DNA of 20,000 nucleotides from Sarea resinae. Its lineage: Eukaryota. The stretch spans positions 57,290 through 77,289 of the forward strand of contig JAPEUD010000100.1 in assembly GCA_026026165.1 (NCBI GenBank). The letters are read 5' to 3'. Within the stretch, counting starts at the first letter, position 1, and each line of letters starts with the position of its first letter. Shown here piece after piece: positions 1-11,611 of this stretch. The notes under the pieces were generated by a model, which worked only from the letters and a program-made list of their open reading frames with translations, was not told where the DNA came from and ran no database searches. A program made the position numbers and the translations under genes.

Positions 1-2835
1 TACGCAAGAGAAGCCGTTTGTATGCCAGTTCTGCTCTAAAGGCTTCACCAGACCGTATGTATCCATCCCGAGAGACCTGATAACAACGTGCTAATCTTCA
101 ACGGCACCCAGAGATCTCCTCAAACGCCATACCGTGGGCCATGACCCGGGCAGTGACAACAAGCGGCAAAAGCGACAGCATCCATATCGCAACTATCGAG
201 TGTCGAGGGCATGTGAGGCTTGTGCGAGGGCGAAGATGAAATGCGAAGAGAATAGACCGTGCGGCACCTGCAGGCGAAGGGGCATCTCATGCGAGTCCGA
301 GCCCGGGATCGACAGCACCTCGAGGGACGACTGTCTGGCGATGCCAGCAAGCGGTGAGGATAGTTCGCGACCGAGTAGTACGGAGGTGGTACTGACACGT
401 CGAAAAGATGAAATACCGGATTGGACTCGTACTTCACATTCCTCTTCCCAGACTCAGATGGCAGTCAATGAATACGATGACACGGACAGTCTTGAGACGA
501 TCCAATTGCAAACTCCAGCCACATTAGTGCAAGGCAAGAGCCCTCTGCGTCCCGAGATCTGAACTCCATCTAATTCCTTGCCACTGATAGACGAAGATAG
601 AGTTCTGATGGCGAATGGGAACTTCAGTCACCCCCCGAATAACCCCAGTGATGCGACGACGGCGCACCATTTCGATGCCAATCTCTTAAGGAGCGATCAA
701 GGTGCCCACGATCCGTCGTACAATCATTACGATATTGCCAATTTTGGATCGGAGATGAGTCTGGACCTCAACGATATAGATTTTGGCTTCCTGGACGCCC
801 TCAACGGGAGCACACCGTTCACGATCGACCCCGCGCAGGACAACGGTGAGGCATCCGAGAGACAAGGCTGTTCGAGTGCGCCCAGAGGGCTTATGCAGCG
901 GATAGAAGCTTACAAGAAATCTGGACTTACGCCATGGAATCCCGGCCATCAGGACAATGGGTTTTCGCACCAAAAGCATCTTTCCCTGCCGTCTCACATG
1001 GCGAACGAGCCAGGTTCCAACTTACACGAGATACATGGGCTAGGCCCTGTTGTCGAAGGACTGAAGCCGGGCTCCAGGGATAACATACTTGCAATGATCT
1101 TGAGCGGATGCAAACCTCGCGAGGCCCGTCGAATTGTGTCATCGTTCCCGTCAAACTCGCTATTGGACAGTCTCATGCAGTACTTCTTTGCAACTCAAAA
1201 GTCCCAGGTAGACTCTTGGATTCACGTTCCCACATTTCGGCCGAACTCGACGAAGCCCGAGCTTGTCGGTGCCATCATTGCCGCTGGCGCCATTCTGACA
1301 CCTATACTAACTATACGGAAATTGGGGTTCGCGTTACAAGAAGCAGTACGGATTGGGATTTGTCAGCTAGTAAATCTTCCTCTTCAAGGCCGATGACGGT
1401 ATTCTAATGCTACGCAGTTTGAGGAGGATAATTCTTTAACCAGAGAGCTTCAGATACTTCAAGGTTATGTTCTCCAGTTAGATCTCGGCCTCTGGAGCGG
1501 ATGCAAACGAAAGATGGAATTGGCAGAAAGCTTTGAACAGCCCTTGCTTACTGTATGTGTCGAAACGATTGGTCTACCGTCGCTGACTCGATCTAGATGT
1601 TACGTCGAGCGGGCCGATTCCGCCGATCCACCGAATCTTCCTTTGTGCCCTTATCCTCGGACGAGGGCGAGATCCTTGAGGCGAAGTGGCATCAGTGGGC
1701 TAAGCATGAGTCTTTCAAAAGGTAAGCAATGCCGTCAAAGTGTGTCACCTTCTAAGTTGTATATAGGCTCGTGTTCCATCTGTTCATTCACGATGCCCAG
1801 TCGTCAATATCGTTACTTGTGAACCCACTCATTTCCTATGCGGAACTGGCTCTTCAATTGCCCGACTCTCGAGACCTTTGGGACGCAGAGGACGCTACGC
1901 GATGGAAGGGCTTATATCTCTCGAAGATGCGCAACAATGATGAGAAAAGTCTATCGGCGGTTGATTGTATTCACGATTTGTCCTATCTCGGCGCATACCA
2001 CGAGCGAATTGATTTGCCCTTGTCTACTATGATCGTACTGCACAGCCTCTGGGGGTTGATATGGGAGTATCGTCAATTGAACTCCATCTTAAAAAGTCAG
2101 CCTTCGGTATGGAACGGGCTAGTACTCGATTCCCGTTATCAAGAGCTCTGTCAGGTGGTGAAGAATTCTCGCCTAAGCTACTCTGCATGGAGCGAACACC
2201 ATCAACGTCCGGAGATTGACATGTTTCTTGAGCTATTGCTCATGCATCTCGACATGTCCTTTGACGACATCCAGCTCTTTGCCGGAAAAGAAGATCGTGA
2301 AGAGGCTTGGAGAGTGATCCCGTCGTTGCGGCAATGGGTGTCGAGTCCCCGATCTCTTCGGGCAATATGGCATGCTGGCCAGCTTGTGCGAGCCGCCAAT
2401 CTGTTCCCGGCAAAGGCCCTACGGGACTTTTATTCAATCTGTGTCTATCAGGCTAGCTTGGCGTTCTGGGCATATTGTGTCTTATCTCGCAGCACGAAAG
2501 AGAAAAGCGGCGATGAAGGTGATGGAAACGGTTGTCGCATGACTGCGACCGATTCTCCATATATCTATCTCGACGGCCCAGATTCGCCCGATGTCCAACG
2601 ATTCATCGCACAGCAGCACGGGACACCCAGTCTTTCAGGTCTGCCATGTGATGAGAGGGTCACGGACGGTGCAAGACTCCCTTCTGTACCTTTGGACGAT
2701 TCACCCAAAGTGATAGAGATGCTCTGCACAATCCTGCGGCGTAATTGTGGCGACGAGCCTGTTCCACCACTGGTTGGAAACTTGATAGATCTGATGCAGG
2801 ATCTCGGTGCAGCGGCCACCGAGTCTTACTCGTGA
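1..2835 (+). CDS. Fungal transcription factor with C2H2 zinc finger + Zn(II)2Cys6 cluster + fungal-specific TF (MHR) domain; 5' end lies outside the window
   Basis: Exons <1-54, 112-533, 591-1369, 1418-1552, 1597-1721 and 1767-2835 splice in frame. Introns are 55-111, 534-590 (GC-AG), 1370-1417, 1553-1596 and 1722-1766. Translation gives [28 protein letters not shown] (C2H2), [28 protein letters not shown] (Zn2Cys6), and WIHVPTF / [17 protein letters not shown] / [16 protein letters not shown] motifs typical of the fungal TF middle homology region. Confidence 0.92.
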
Positions 2836-3458
2836 GAGTGTCTGGCGTTGATTATAGATGGCGCATGGGAAATGAGATGGGATGTATTGTTTGGCACGCG
2901 ACTCAGGCTCGGGCAATGGAAATCTTAGCAGAACAGCGCGCGCTTGATCGCTGTTTATCTAAATTCAAGTCATCAAATCCACGAACCTGCAATCTGACCC
3001 GCGAACTCGCCAACCATGTGACTCCCCTCGAACGGTAATGCTACTATAAGAATACTTCGTTCGTTGTAATCTTACTTATATTAAAATAGTCAATAATTTC
3101 TCAATGACTGAATCAACAACAAGAACACAACTAGGTATAGTCCAACATTACTCAAAACAAAAAACAAAACCAAATTTATCCTCGTGGGACTTTTAACGGA
3201 ATGTACTTATCAAGACTGTATTTTCTAATCTGTACGCAAGTTACTAGGGTGCGTGTAAGTTACTAGAGACTAAGAATATTTATCGCACATTGTCTAATTA
3301 ATTTAAATTTAGAAGCTAAGAAGGTGCCAATTAATCTGCCCACCCAATAAAGACAATCACTGCGCATAAATTTAAGCCTATTTGCCGTTGTTTGCTTTCC
3401 TTTCTTCCTTAAGCAGCAAATTAGCACGAAACTCCAACGCTCGAGTGCTACACGTACT

Positions 3459-4842
3459 CTAACTATCTAACTCTCTCCACAATGCTCTGAAACGAGCCAC
3501 TAAGCCCACGTCAGACACAAACCCCGTTTCGAGAATTTCCAGTGGCCGGACCCATCCTCGAGACCGTAATGCTAGCACCGCCCCCTTCAGCGTAGCCATG
3601 AACCACGCCCTATCCTGTGAGCCTTCACCTGCCGCAACGGCCCCCAACATCAGTTGACATGAAGTCAGAGTCATGAACAAGCATGGTCTGACTGGGAGCT
3701 GGCACCATGCTTCCCTGAGCTCGCCAGCGAGGAGTGTGAGATTTGCCTCTGGCTGCGGACACCAGGATAGATGGAGAATCAACTCGATCGCTCGTGAAGT
3801 TGCTTGGACAAACGGATTATCATCGAATCGAAGGGCTCGAGCCTGGCATAATAAGCTGTTCCACCACTTCTCGATTTCTTTGGCCTGAATGTCCGAGCCC
3901 GATGAATATTTGCGATGCCTATCTATCGACTTTCGCAACTGGACGAGGTTGTCGGAGATGTTCGCCACAATACAGATTGGCTGGCTGCCATAAGGACGTA
4001 TCTTGTCGATGATTTTCCTGTGATATGCCAAAGGAAAGTTAAAAACATCGTTTGTAGAATCCCTGGCAAGTTCGTTTAGCTTTGCCTCGATGCAGCAAAG
4101 GATATACAGACAAAAGGAGGAAATTACATAGCACTGGCGGCACATCAAATTCGCCCTGAGAGCGTCTCTCTGTGATGAGATTGGCAAGGCCATCAACATG
4201 AATGTTCCAAAGAAGGTCATTATGCATCAAGCGCTCTCCGATGGCCATGCTGAGCACTGCCCCAAGAACAGCACCAGTGTGAGCTGTTTCAGATGTGATG
4301 TGCTGGACAATGAGATTGGCAGCCTTGCACGAGTGGGCCACGGCTTTCTCTTGACATGACGCATCTGGCGACCAGTGCCGGATGCCTATGGCCATGGACA
4401 CCTCGGCAAGGGCTGCTTCCGAGACCAGCAGCTGGATCCAGGCTTCTTCATCGGGACTGCTGGGATAATTACCACCGTCCAGAAAAACCAGCGACCAGAA
4501 TCTCGCAACTACAGAAGATTAGCGGCGTATGTGGCCGACCGAGCTCGACCTCGAGGAATCCTTACGGAACTGGGCGTAGCGATACGGATCTTTTGGGGGT
4601 GTTGCGAGCGGCAAGTCTGTTAGCAGAGCATCGGCGGCTCCGTCCTGTGCCAGTTGCCTCTGCCCAATCCGCGCAAGTACACCCCTCTTCGCTTTTTCTT
4701 TTGCGGCTTCATTTCCGATGATCCGCTGGCGTCTGTTCGCAAAATTCGTCTTGGTGATGTGCGCCCGCATCAGCTTCGCGTCGGATCGAGATAGCGCCGG
4801 CGTACCGGTTGCATTGAGGAATGTGAAGCTCGTTGTGCTCAT
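3459..4842 (-). CDS. Conserved fungal protein (~425 aa), probable transcription-regulator-like protein with no Zn-cluster DNA-binding domain
   Basis: ATG at 4842. Exons 4842-4566, 4508-4112 and 4062-3459 join in frame through GT-AG introns 4565-4509 and 4111-4063 (1278 nt total). The N-terminus FTFLNATG...AKLMRAHITK..FANRRQR resembles the 'F.F.N...RSHV' start of Fungal_trans_2-like proteins, and the C-terminal helical region is similar. The function is inferred. Confidence 0.75.
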
Positions 4843-5292
4843 TCTCACTGCCTGCTTTAGGAAAATCAACTTCAGGGTGGTTTATTCCACGGAGTGATGT
4901 GGAGCTGTTGATATGCCATGTCTGGATGAGGACAATCAATTGATAAGCTCTAGGCGATTAGTGATCGGCAGTGCCCTACAAACGCGGACTCGGATACAGT
5001 CGCGTTTGACCCGGTTAGGAAAATCAGATTCAGACACGCGAGTGGATAGCTTCAACCTAGCGGTAGGCCCGTTGACGGCGACATGTACATACAATACCCA
5101 CCTTGAACATGGGCTCGACTGACACAAGTCGCCGACATTTCATCGCTTTGGCGGATGGCCACGATAATAATATATCCCACATGGACATGTATTTATACCT
5201 CGGGACACCCGTGGAGATGTGACTCTCCTGGTCAGGCTATTTGCAGACTTCTAATCGCAAGACTACATTACAATCAACTACAAGTCAATATC

Positions 5293-6429
5293 ATGTCTAG
5301 ACAATGGATCCTTGCGAGCCAGGAAGGCTTTGAGGCTTCTCTGCAATATCAGGAGAATGTCAGAATACCATCTCAAGATGAGCTTGGCTCCAATGGGGTC
5401 CTCGTGAAAATCCATGCCGCCAGCCTCAATTATCGCGAGCTCTCAATCGCAGATCCAAAGGCTAGTAGACTACCATGCTCAGAGTACTTAAGTGCGTGCT
5501 GACTCTCTCACCGTAACCAGGGTGTCAACGGACCAATCCAGCCCCCTATCATACCGGCATGCGACGGTGCAGGAGTCGTTCTAGTAATCGGATCATCTGT
5601 CCAGGAGTTCCAGCCCGGAGACCGAGTCGTCACACATTCAGCACCGAAGCTTGTGGAATCTAGCGGAGACAATGCGTCCGCAACTCTCGCAGATGCTCCT
5701 TTTATGCTGGGTCAAGGAACAGATGGAACATTGCGTTCCATTGGTATCTTTGCAGAAAAAGCTCTCGTCCACGCCCCTGCATCTTTGAGTTGGCTGCCGG
5801 CGGCGACGCTATCGTGCACATGGGCGACGGCGTGGAACGCACTCTTTGGAGTAGAAGGCAGAAAGGCCGGGCCGGGTATGTGGGTTCTTGTTCAGGGATC
5901 AGGCGGCGTGAGTGTCGCCACGCTTCAGCTCGCAGCAGCGGCTGGGGCTACGGTAGTGGCCACCACGTCGACCGGGGAAAAAGAAGCCCGTCTGAGGGCG
6001 CTTGGAGCGACGCACACGGTCAACTATCGCTCAATTCCCGATAGCTGGAGCCAAAAGGCTCGAAGCCTGACACCAGGCGGCATAGGGTTCGATATCGTCG
6101 TCGATATTGGTGGCAACCAGACACTGTCCCAGTCTTTGGCGGCCGTGCGTGTTGATGGGCTTGTGATATTGGTTGGAGCTGTGGGCGAAGACACGGCACC
6201 AGTTCCTCTGTCCGCGGCCTTCATGCATACTTGCATGGTGCGTGGCCTGCTTTGTGGGAGTCGGGCTCAGTTGAAGCAACTTGTGCGCTACATTGACGAG
6301 AAGGATATCCAGCCCGCTGTGGATGACGTCGTTTTCGAGCTTGCAGAGGCTAAGGATGCTTATAGACGCTTGAAGGAGAAGAAGCATTTCTCCAAGGTCG
6401 TTATACGGATTGAGCATCCAGACGCATGA
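5293..6429 (+). CDS. Medium-chain dehydrogenase/reductase (NADPH:quinone oxidoreductase / zeta-crystallin-like, MDR7-type), ~358 aa
   Basis: Exons 5293-5460 and 5521-6429 with a phase-0 GC-AG intron 5461-5520. Motifs VLVKIHAASLNYRE, PACDGAGVV..G..V.EFQPGDRV, AATLSC...TAWNAL, VLVQGSGGVS (nucleotide binding) and KHFSKVVI. The catalytic zinc GHE motif is absent. Confidence 0.93.
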
Positions 6430-7070
6430 CGGTCAAAGGTCTAGCGTAATAGCAAACAACGTATGTCAATTGATCAGATTGCTAGTCTTACACCGAAACA
6501 GGTGTGCTCTCTTTCCTGCGCGTCTCCTCTTTCAGCCACTCAGCTAAAGTTTAGCACAAACGCATTGATTGGGTCTCGCAGCTTGAGATCGGGCTGGTGA
6601 TTAGCTGACTGAGGCGGTGTGCTTGTAGGGCATCGCGATGTGGCGATGATATAAGGCCGTGTGCGATGTAGAAGTCGACGACCTGATGTTGAAATCGTTG
6701 GAGATGACGGTAGGATGTCTGACTTCGATGACGAAGAAGGCTGATGAATGCGAAGAGGTAGCCTGCCTGCAATCGATAGATCTTGAAAACATGACCCTCA
6801 TCACTAGCTAGATTGGTGTAGTAGTAGTACTCCGGAGTAGATTGAGGAATTGTGACAGTCATCGAGGCACCGCTTACTAAGCGATCCGATCATACTGTAA
6901 TTTACAGGCCACCAGTCATCCATGATGGATCTCCATCCCCACCTCCATCTACATCTTCCTCCCACCCCAGCCCCACCGTGGGGTGGTCGACCTGAACGCC
7001 TCATCCGCCTGTCGGTCTGTTCATGTCACCTGCTGCAGCTCAAGCGGTTCTTTCGACATTCGGGAACAGT

Positions 7071-8365
7071 ATGGCCGACTACGTCACAGTCAACGATCAT
7101 CTGGACCGACAACGACGTATCGACGACCGCATCCGGGCTTCTTTCGTCAACGTTCATGAGAAAGTCGACGTGAAGTTCGAGCATGCGGACCGGAGGTTTG
7201 ACCAAATCGACCGAAGATTTGAGCAGTTTGACCGGAGATTCGATAAGATCGAGGTGAAGTTGAGTGAGCACGACAAGCTTTTCCAACAGATCCTCTACCG
7301 CGACGAACGACGAGACAAATTGCAATACAACACCCTTGGCCTCGAGGAGCACCGATCCTATCGCACCCGTACCCATCTTCTCTCTGAACGGCGAGGAAGT
7401 CCCTCAGAACTTCCCTGATACAGTGGGCGGCTTTTGGACCCTGACACGACCTTATCGCAGTAAGCGCTTCTCTGACTGAGCCTCCTCATCATGCGCTGAC
7501 ATTGTCGATAGTCCAATCCTTGATTGACCTCGCCCAATTCTACCAACTCGATCCGAAAGCGTGGGGAAGGATGACACATGGGTCCGAAGAGGACTCGGAG
7601 TCCAGTACTCCGGATGAGGAGCGCCTCCCAACGGCAGTGCGGAAATACCCACTGGCATGGCACCGGACTCTAGCGTCACGACTAGGTCTGAATTATCACG
7701 AAATATCTAAGTCGATGGAGCAGGAAGAGGCATCTCGAGAGGCTCTCAAGCGGAAACGACCTCATCGAAAGCTGCAGGGCAGGGCAACAATCAAAAAGCA
7801 CACTATCCAGAAATTGATCGACGACATTGAGGAGGAGCAAGGAGAAGACGACAATCCAGACCAGGAGGACCTCGCGAGTATCGTGGAAGTGGTCACTGAA
7901 GCGGCAAGATCATTGAACGCAAGCTCTAAGCTGAGCAGTAAGACCAAATTCCGGCGAATGCTTCTCGAGGAGCTGATGCGCGGGGTTGACGAACAAGAAA
8001 ACCCACCCCTAGAGCGACCAGCAGCCCATGAGGCTGAGGATAGGGTTTTGTGGGATGACGGTCCGTCTCAGCCAAGAGACAAGTTCGTGTTCCGAGACCT
8101 TTATCCGCCAACGTCTATGGAGGAGCCAAGAGCGGAGTCAACACCTCACGAAAGAAAAGAAACAAAGGAAACAAACGAGAATCCGCACACCGAGACAACG
8201 GTAGAAGATCCATTGCCAGCGCAGATGTTTTTGGCCCGAAGCAAGCGGCAAAATAGCACGACTGCACGCTCCGTAAAGTCAAACTCGCGCGCGTTATCTA
8301 CAATCCCTACAATGTCTCCGGAGTCCTTGAAGTCCACCAAGTCCGACAGGTCCATACATGCTTGA
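7071..8365 (+). pseudogene. Coiled-coil protein gene (heptad stalk + putative Mug135/DUF1773-like domain + disordered tail) interrupted by one +1 frameshift near 7335
   Basis: ATG at 7071 (alternative 7023) opens the frame to ...DRRFDQIDRRFEQFDRRFDKIE...KLQYNT. The protein-like continuation LASRSTDPIAPVPIF...PQNFPDTVGGFWTL is in the +1 frame. A clean GT-AG intron 7460-7511 then joins in frame to QSLIDLAQFYQL...LASRLGLNY, ending at stop 8365. Removing one base gives about 413 aa. The gene may be intact if the indel is a sequencing error. Confidence 0.7.
7188..7250 (+). repeat. 3 x 21-bp coding tandem repeat (DRRF[DE]xx heptads)
   Basis: gaccggaggtttgaccaaatc / gaccgaagatttgagcagttt / gaccggagattcgataagatc. 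Confidence 0.9.
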
Positions 8366-9603
8366 CAGCTTTAACCCCCTACTTCAGGGCCCTGGCTTCG
8401 ATAAAATACCGGCGAGGGTACGGAGTGCGGTTTTCTTTTAGATTCTCACAACGCTGCGGGTTTTCCTCATTCGTCTACATGCATATCTTTCAGCGATTTG
8501 CTGTGGCAGCGACCCGGCGTGATACCATCATACTTATTATTTCCGAGGGCGCAACTGTTACAACAAGGATAGGGTCGGGTATCGGGATATCAGCAGGGTG
8601 TCGGGCCATTCGGTGTGGCATTTGGTACTGGCATATTTGGGGTTAGGGCGTCTATTCTTTTGGGTCGTTGTTCGATGATCACGATAGTCCTCAGTCATTA
8701 CGTCTGTTTTCTGCAGACCATAGCACTAAACATGAATGCAACTTGTTCTCTCTACCAATGCGGCCTCACTCGTCTGTGCTGATGCTCTTAATTGGGATTG
8801 CGGGAGACGAACGCTGACACTCAATAAACCCTACCGTTCTTTCTATTCCTCTTGTCCTAGTAGAGGAGTGTTCGTCTCTCTGACTGTCTTATTCAGGTCA
8901 GAGGTCAGTGCTATAATCTCTTCGCGCCTTGGCGCACGATAGGCGTCCTTGTATTGTGAAAATAAAGCCTGAATGCCGTTTAGTAATACCCTTATCAATA
9001 AGACTATATCTACCTACCTTACACAAGGAGATAGCCACGATCTGTGCTACTACTAATAGCCTAAGAATTAGTACGAGCCTCCTCGCTCTATAGGGTAGCT
9101 TCTAGCGATACCAGCTCGGCAGCGTCTACTCCGTACTACATAGTATAAACACAGCCGCGACAAGAGATGAATTTGCCCTGGAATATTCCCATTCGATAAT
9201 CTAGATCCCCGATCGCTTCAATCTATTTTCATAATGCCGCTCTGTGAATAGACAAGGATGGCGATGCCGGACAGCTTGCTTACGAGCTCGCGCGCGCGGG
9301 TGGCCTTATCCCGACTGGAATCAGATCGCCATCCTCCACGTAATCTAAGCTGCATCATTCTATCCTCGTCCAGCAAGAAGCGAATCAATACGAGATTCAC
9401 GGACTTGAGGTGGATTGGGATCGGCAGGCGAAGGGCGAAGGATGCACTTGTACCGCCGATCCTAGCAAGATCCCGACTCATCAGGCAACCGCGCAAGATG
9501 CCAGCCAAGCATCATCGCATGCGTGCGGTCCTCCTTAATACCCGCCGTTCTCCCCTCATCGCCTCGGGCGTACTGCGTCCTCGGTTTTTTTGCCACGATC
9601 AGA

Positions 9604-11611
9604 ATGGCCAAGGCTTTTGGGACCGCGTTCGCGGTCTTTTTCTTGATACACTGGCACTGCTTCATGACGGCTTCAGCTTACCCCACAAATCGGGAGCCGA
9701 TCGCGACACTTCGGAACGGTTCCTACCGCGGACTCCACTCGGAAGGCTACCGCCAGGACTTCTTTCTCGGAGTCCCATTTGCGCAGCCGCCTCTAGGCGA
9801 CTTGCGTCTCAGAGTACCGGAAAGCCTGAACAGTTCGTGGACCACCGCCCGCAATGCCACTGAGTACGGCCCAGCGTGTTACGGATATGGTGAGGACACG
9901 GCCATTGGTGCTGCCAATTATGTCAGTGAAGACTGTCTGACGTTGAATATCGTCCGCCCCGCTGGATATGCGGACAGCGCATTGCCAGTCGGTGTCTGGA
10001 TCTACGGGTCAGTACATCTCACACAAGGGAAGATGCTTTGAGACTGACCGACACATGTAGCGGGGGTTTTTACGAAGGCTCTAGCCTTGATCAGCGATAT
10101 AATCTGTCATTTATCGTGGAGCAATCCGTGGAAATTGGGAAGCCGTTCATTGCCGTGAGCATCAACTATCGACTCCAGGGCTGGGGCTGGCTGTACTCGG
10201 ACAAAGTTGTGGAAGCCGGAGTCGCCAACCTTGGCCTCCGAGATCAGCGGTATGGCATCCCGGCGTAATGTATCTGTACTGGTGATGCTAAGTTCTTTAA
10301 AGATTGGCCTTGCATTGGTTACAGGAGAATATCGGCGCTTTCGGTGGAGACCCTCAAAAAGTGACAATCTGGGGAGAAAGCGCGTAAGTTCACTTTTCTC
10401 TCGACATCTAGACGCCAGCTAAAGTAGCGGCAGTGGAGCGGTATCCGTTGGATTGCATCTACTTGCATACAACGGACGAGATGACCACTTGTTTAGCGGG
10501 GCAATAGCAGAATCTGGACCGCCTTCCGGAGTCGGTCTTATCAATCCTACGAAAGGCAAGTTTGATCGTTCAAACTAGTACTGCACGAGCCTGACCTTTG
10601 CAGAATTGGCGCAAGAGGCATGGACGAACGTCACCGAAGCTACAGGGTGCTCAAAAGCCCCCGACAAGCTCGCATGTCTTCGTCTTGTTCCGACCGAAAA
10701 GCTCAACGATGCTTTCAATTCCACGACAACGGAGGATGACTACTCTCTCTATTGGGGTCCACTTATAGATGGCGACATTGTTGCGCGCGGCGGCAATGAA
10801 CAGCTGCTAGATGGATCTTTTGTGAAAGTACCCTACATCCTTGGTGAAAATTCCGATGATGGAACCGATTTCTCCCCTTTCGGGCTCAATTCAGATGCGG
10901 AGTTTTTCGAATTCTATCAAGGATATGATATCGATAATGAGACGTTGACAGATCTGCTTGAACTCTACCCCAATGATGCGCTGGATGACATCCCCGCATC
11001 TTTCCCAGGAGAATTCAATCAGACAATCGGCCTCCAATTCAAGCGCAGCGCTACTCTGATTGGCGACATTGCCTTCAAGGCCCCGCGACGCCTGGCCGCT
11101 CAGGAGTGGAACAAGTACACCGATGCGCCTCTGTATAGCTATCGATTCAATGCCATCCCGAACGGCGTTCCGGATTACTATGGGGTCACGCATTGGCAAG
11201 AAGTACCATTCATGCTCCACAATGTGAACGGCTACGGATTCCCAAACGTGGATCCCCCCTACTTCGGCCCTGATCCGTTTGCGAATCGATCCGAGAGCTA
11301 CGTGCAGCTGGCAACCCTCATGAGTAGGATGTGGTCGTCCTTTATCTATGACGGCAATCCTAATTTTTTGAATCGTAAGTCCTTGCTTTCCTCACCTTTG
11401 CTCCATTTTCTTTGGGCTTTTCGGCTTATGCTCGTCAGAAAACGCACCTACCTGGCCGCCCTACTTTTCCGAAAGCCCAGTCAACTTCGTCTTTGACGCC
11501 AATGTCACAAGCCATCTCGAGCCCGACACTTATCGCGAAGAGAGTATCCAATATCTGGTCGAAAAGTATCGCAATGGCACGAACCCGTGGGGCCCTCATA
11601 GTCTGTCCTAG
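9604..11611 (+). CDS. Secreted type-B carboxylesterase/lipase (alpha/beta hydrolase, COesterase family), ~579 aa
   Basis: Exons 9604-10007, 10061-10249, 10303-10383, 10434-10555, 10604-11374 and 11439-11611 (1740 nt, in frame; intron 10556-10603 is GC-AG). N-terminus is signal-peptide-like. Motifs [67 protein letters not shown] (catalytic Ser), GENSDDG (acid) and GVTHWQE (His). Confidence 0.96.

Noticed and set aside
120..6417. Numerous antisense/alternative-frame ORFs inside the TF, regulator-like and MDR genes
   Set aside because: Shadow ORFs of GC-balanced coding sequence with no independent evidence.
6551..7004. Short minus-strand ORFs between the MDR gene and the coiled-coil gene
   Set aside because: No recognisable motif or convincing splice structure; cannot be supported as genes.
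9258..9863. 201-aa + strand ORF overlapping the esterase 5' region
   Set aside because: Arg-rich shadow frame with no motifs; the esterase frame starting at 9604 explains the region.
1..11611. Secondary-metabolite gene cluster (TF + reductase + esterase)
   Set aside because: No backbone enzyme (PKS/NRPS/terpene synthase) or transporter is in the window; one upstream cannot be excluded.
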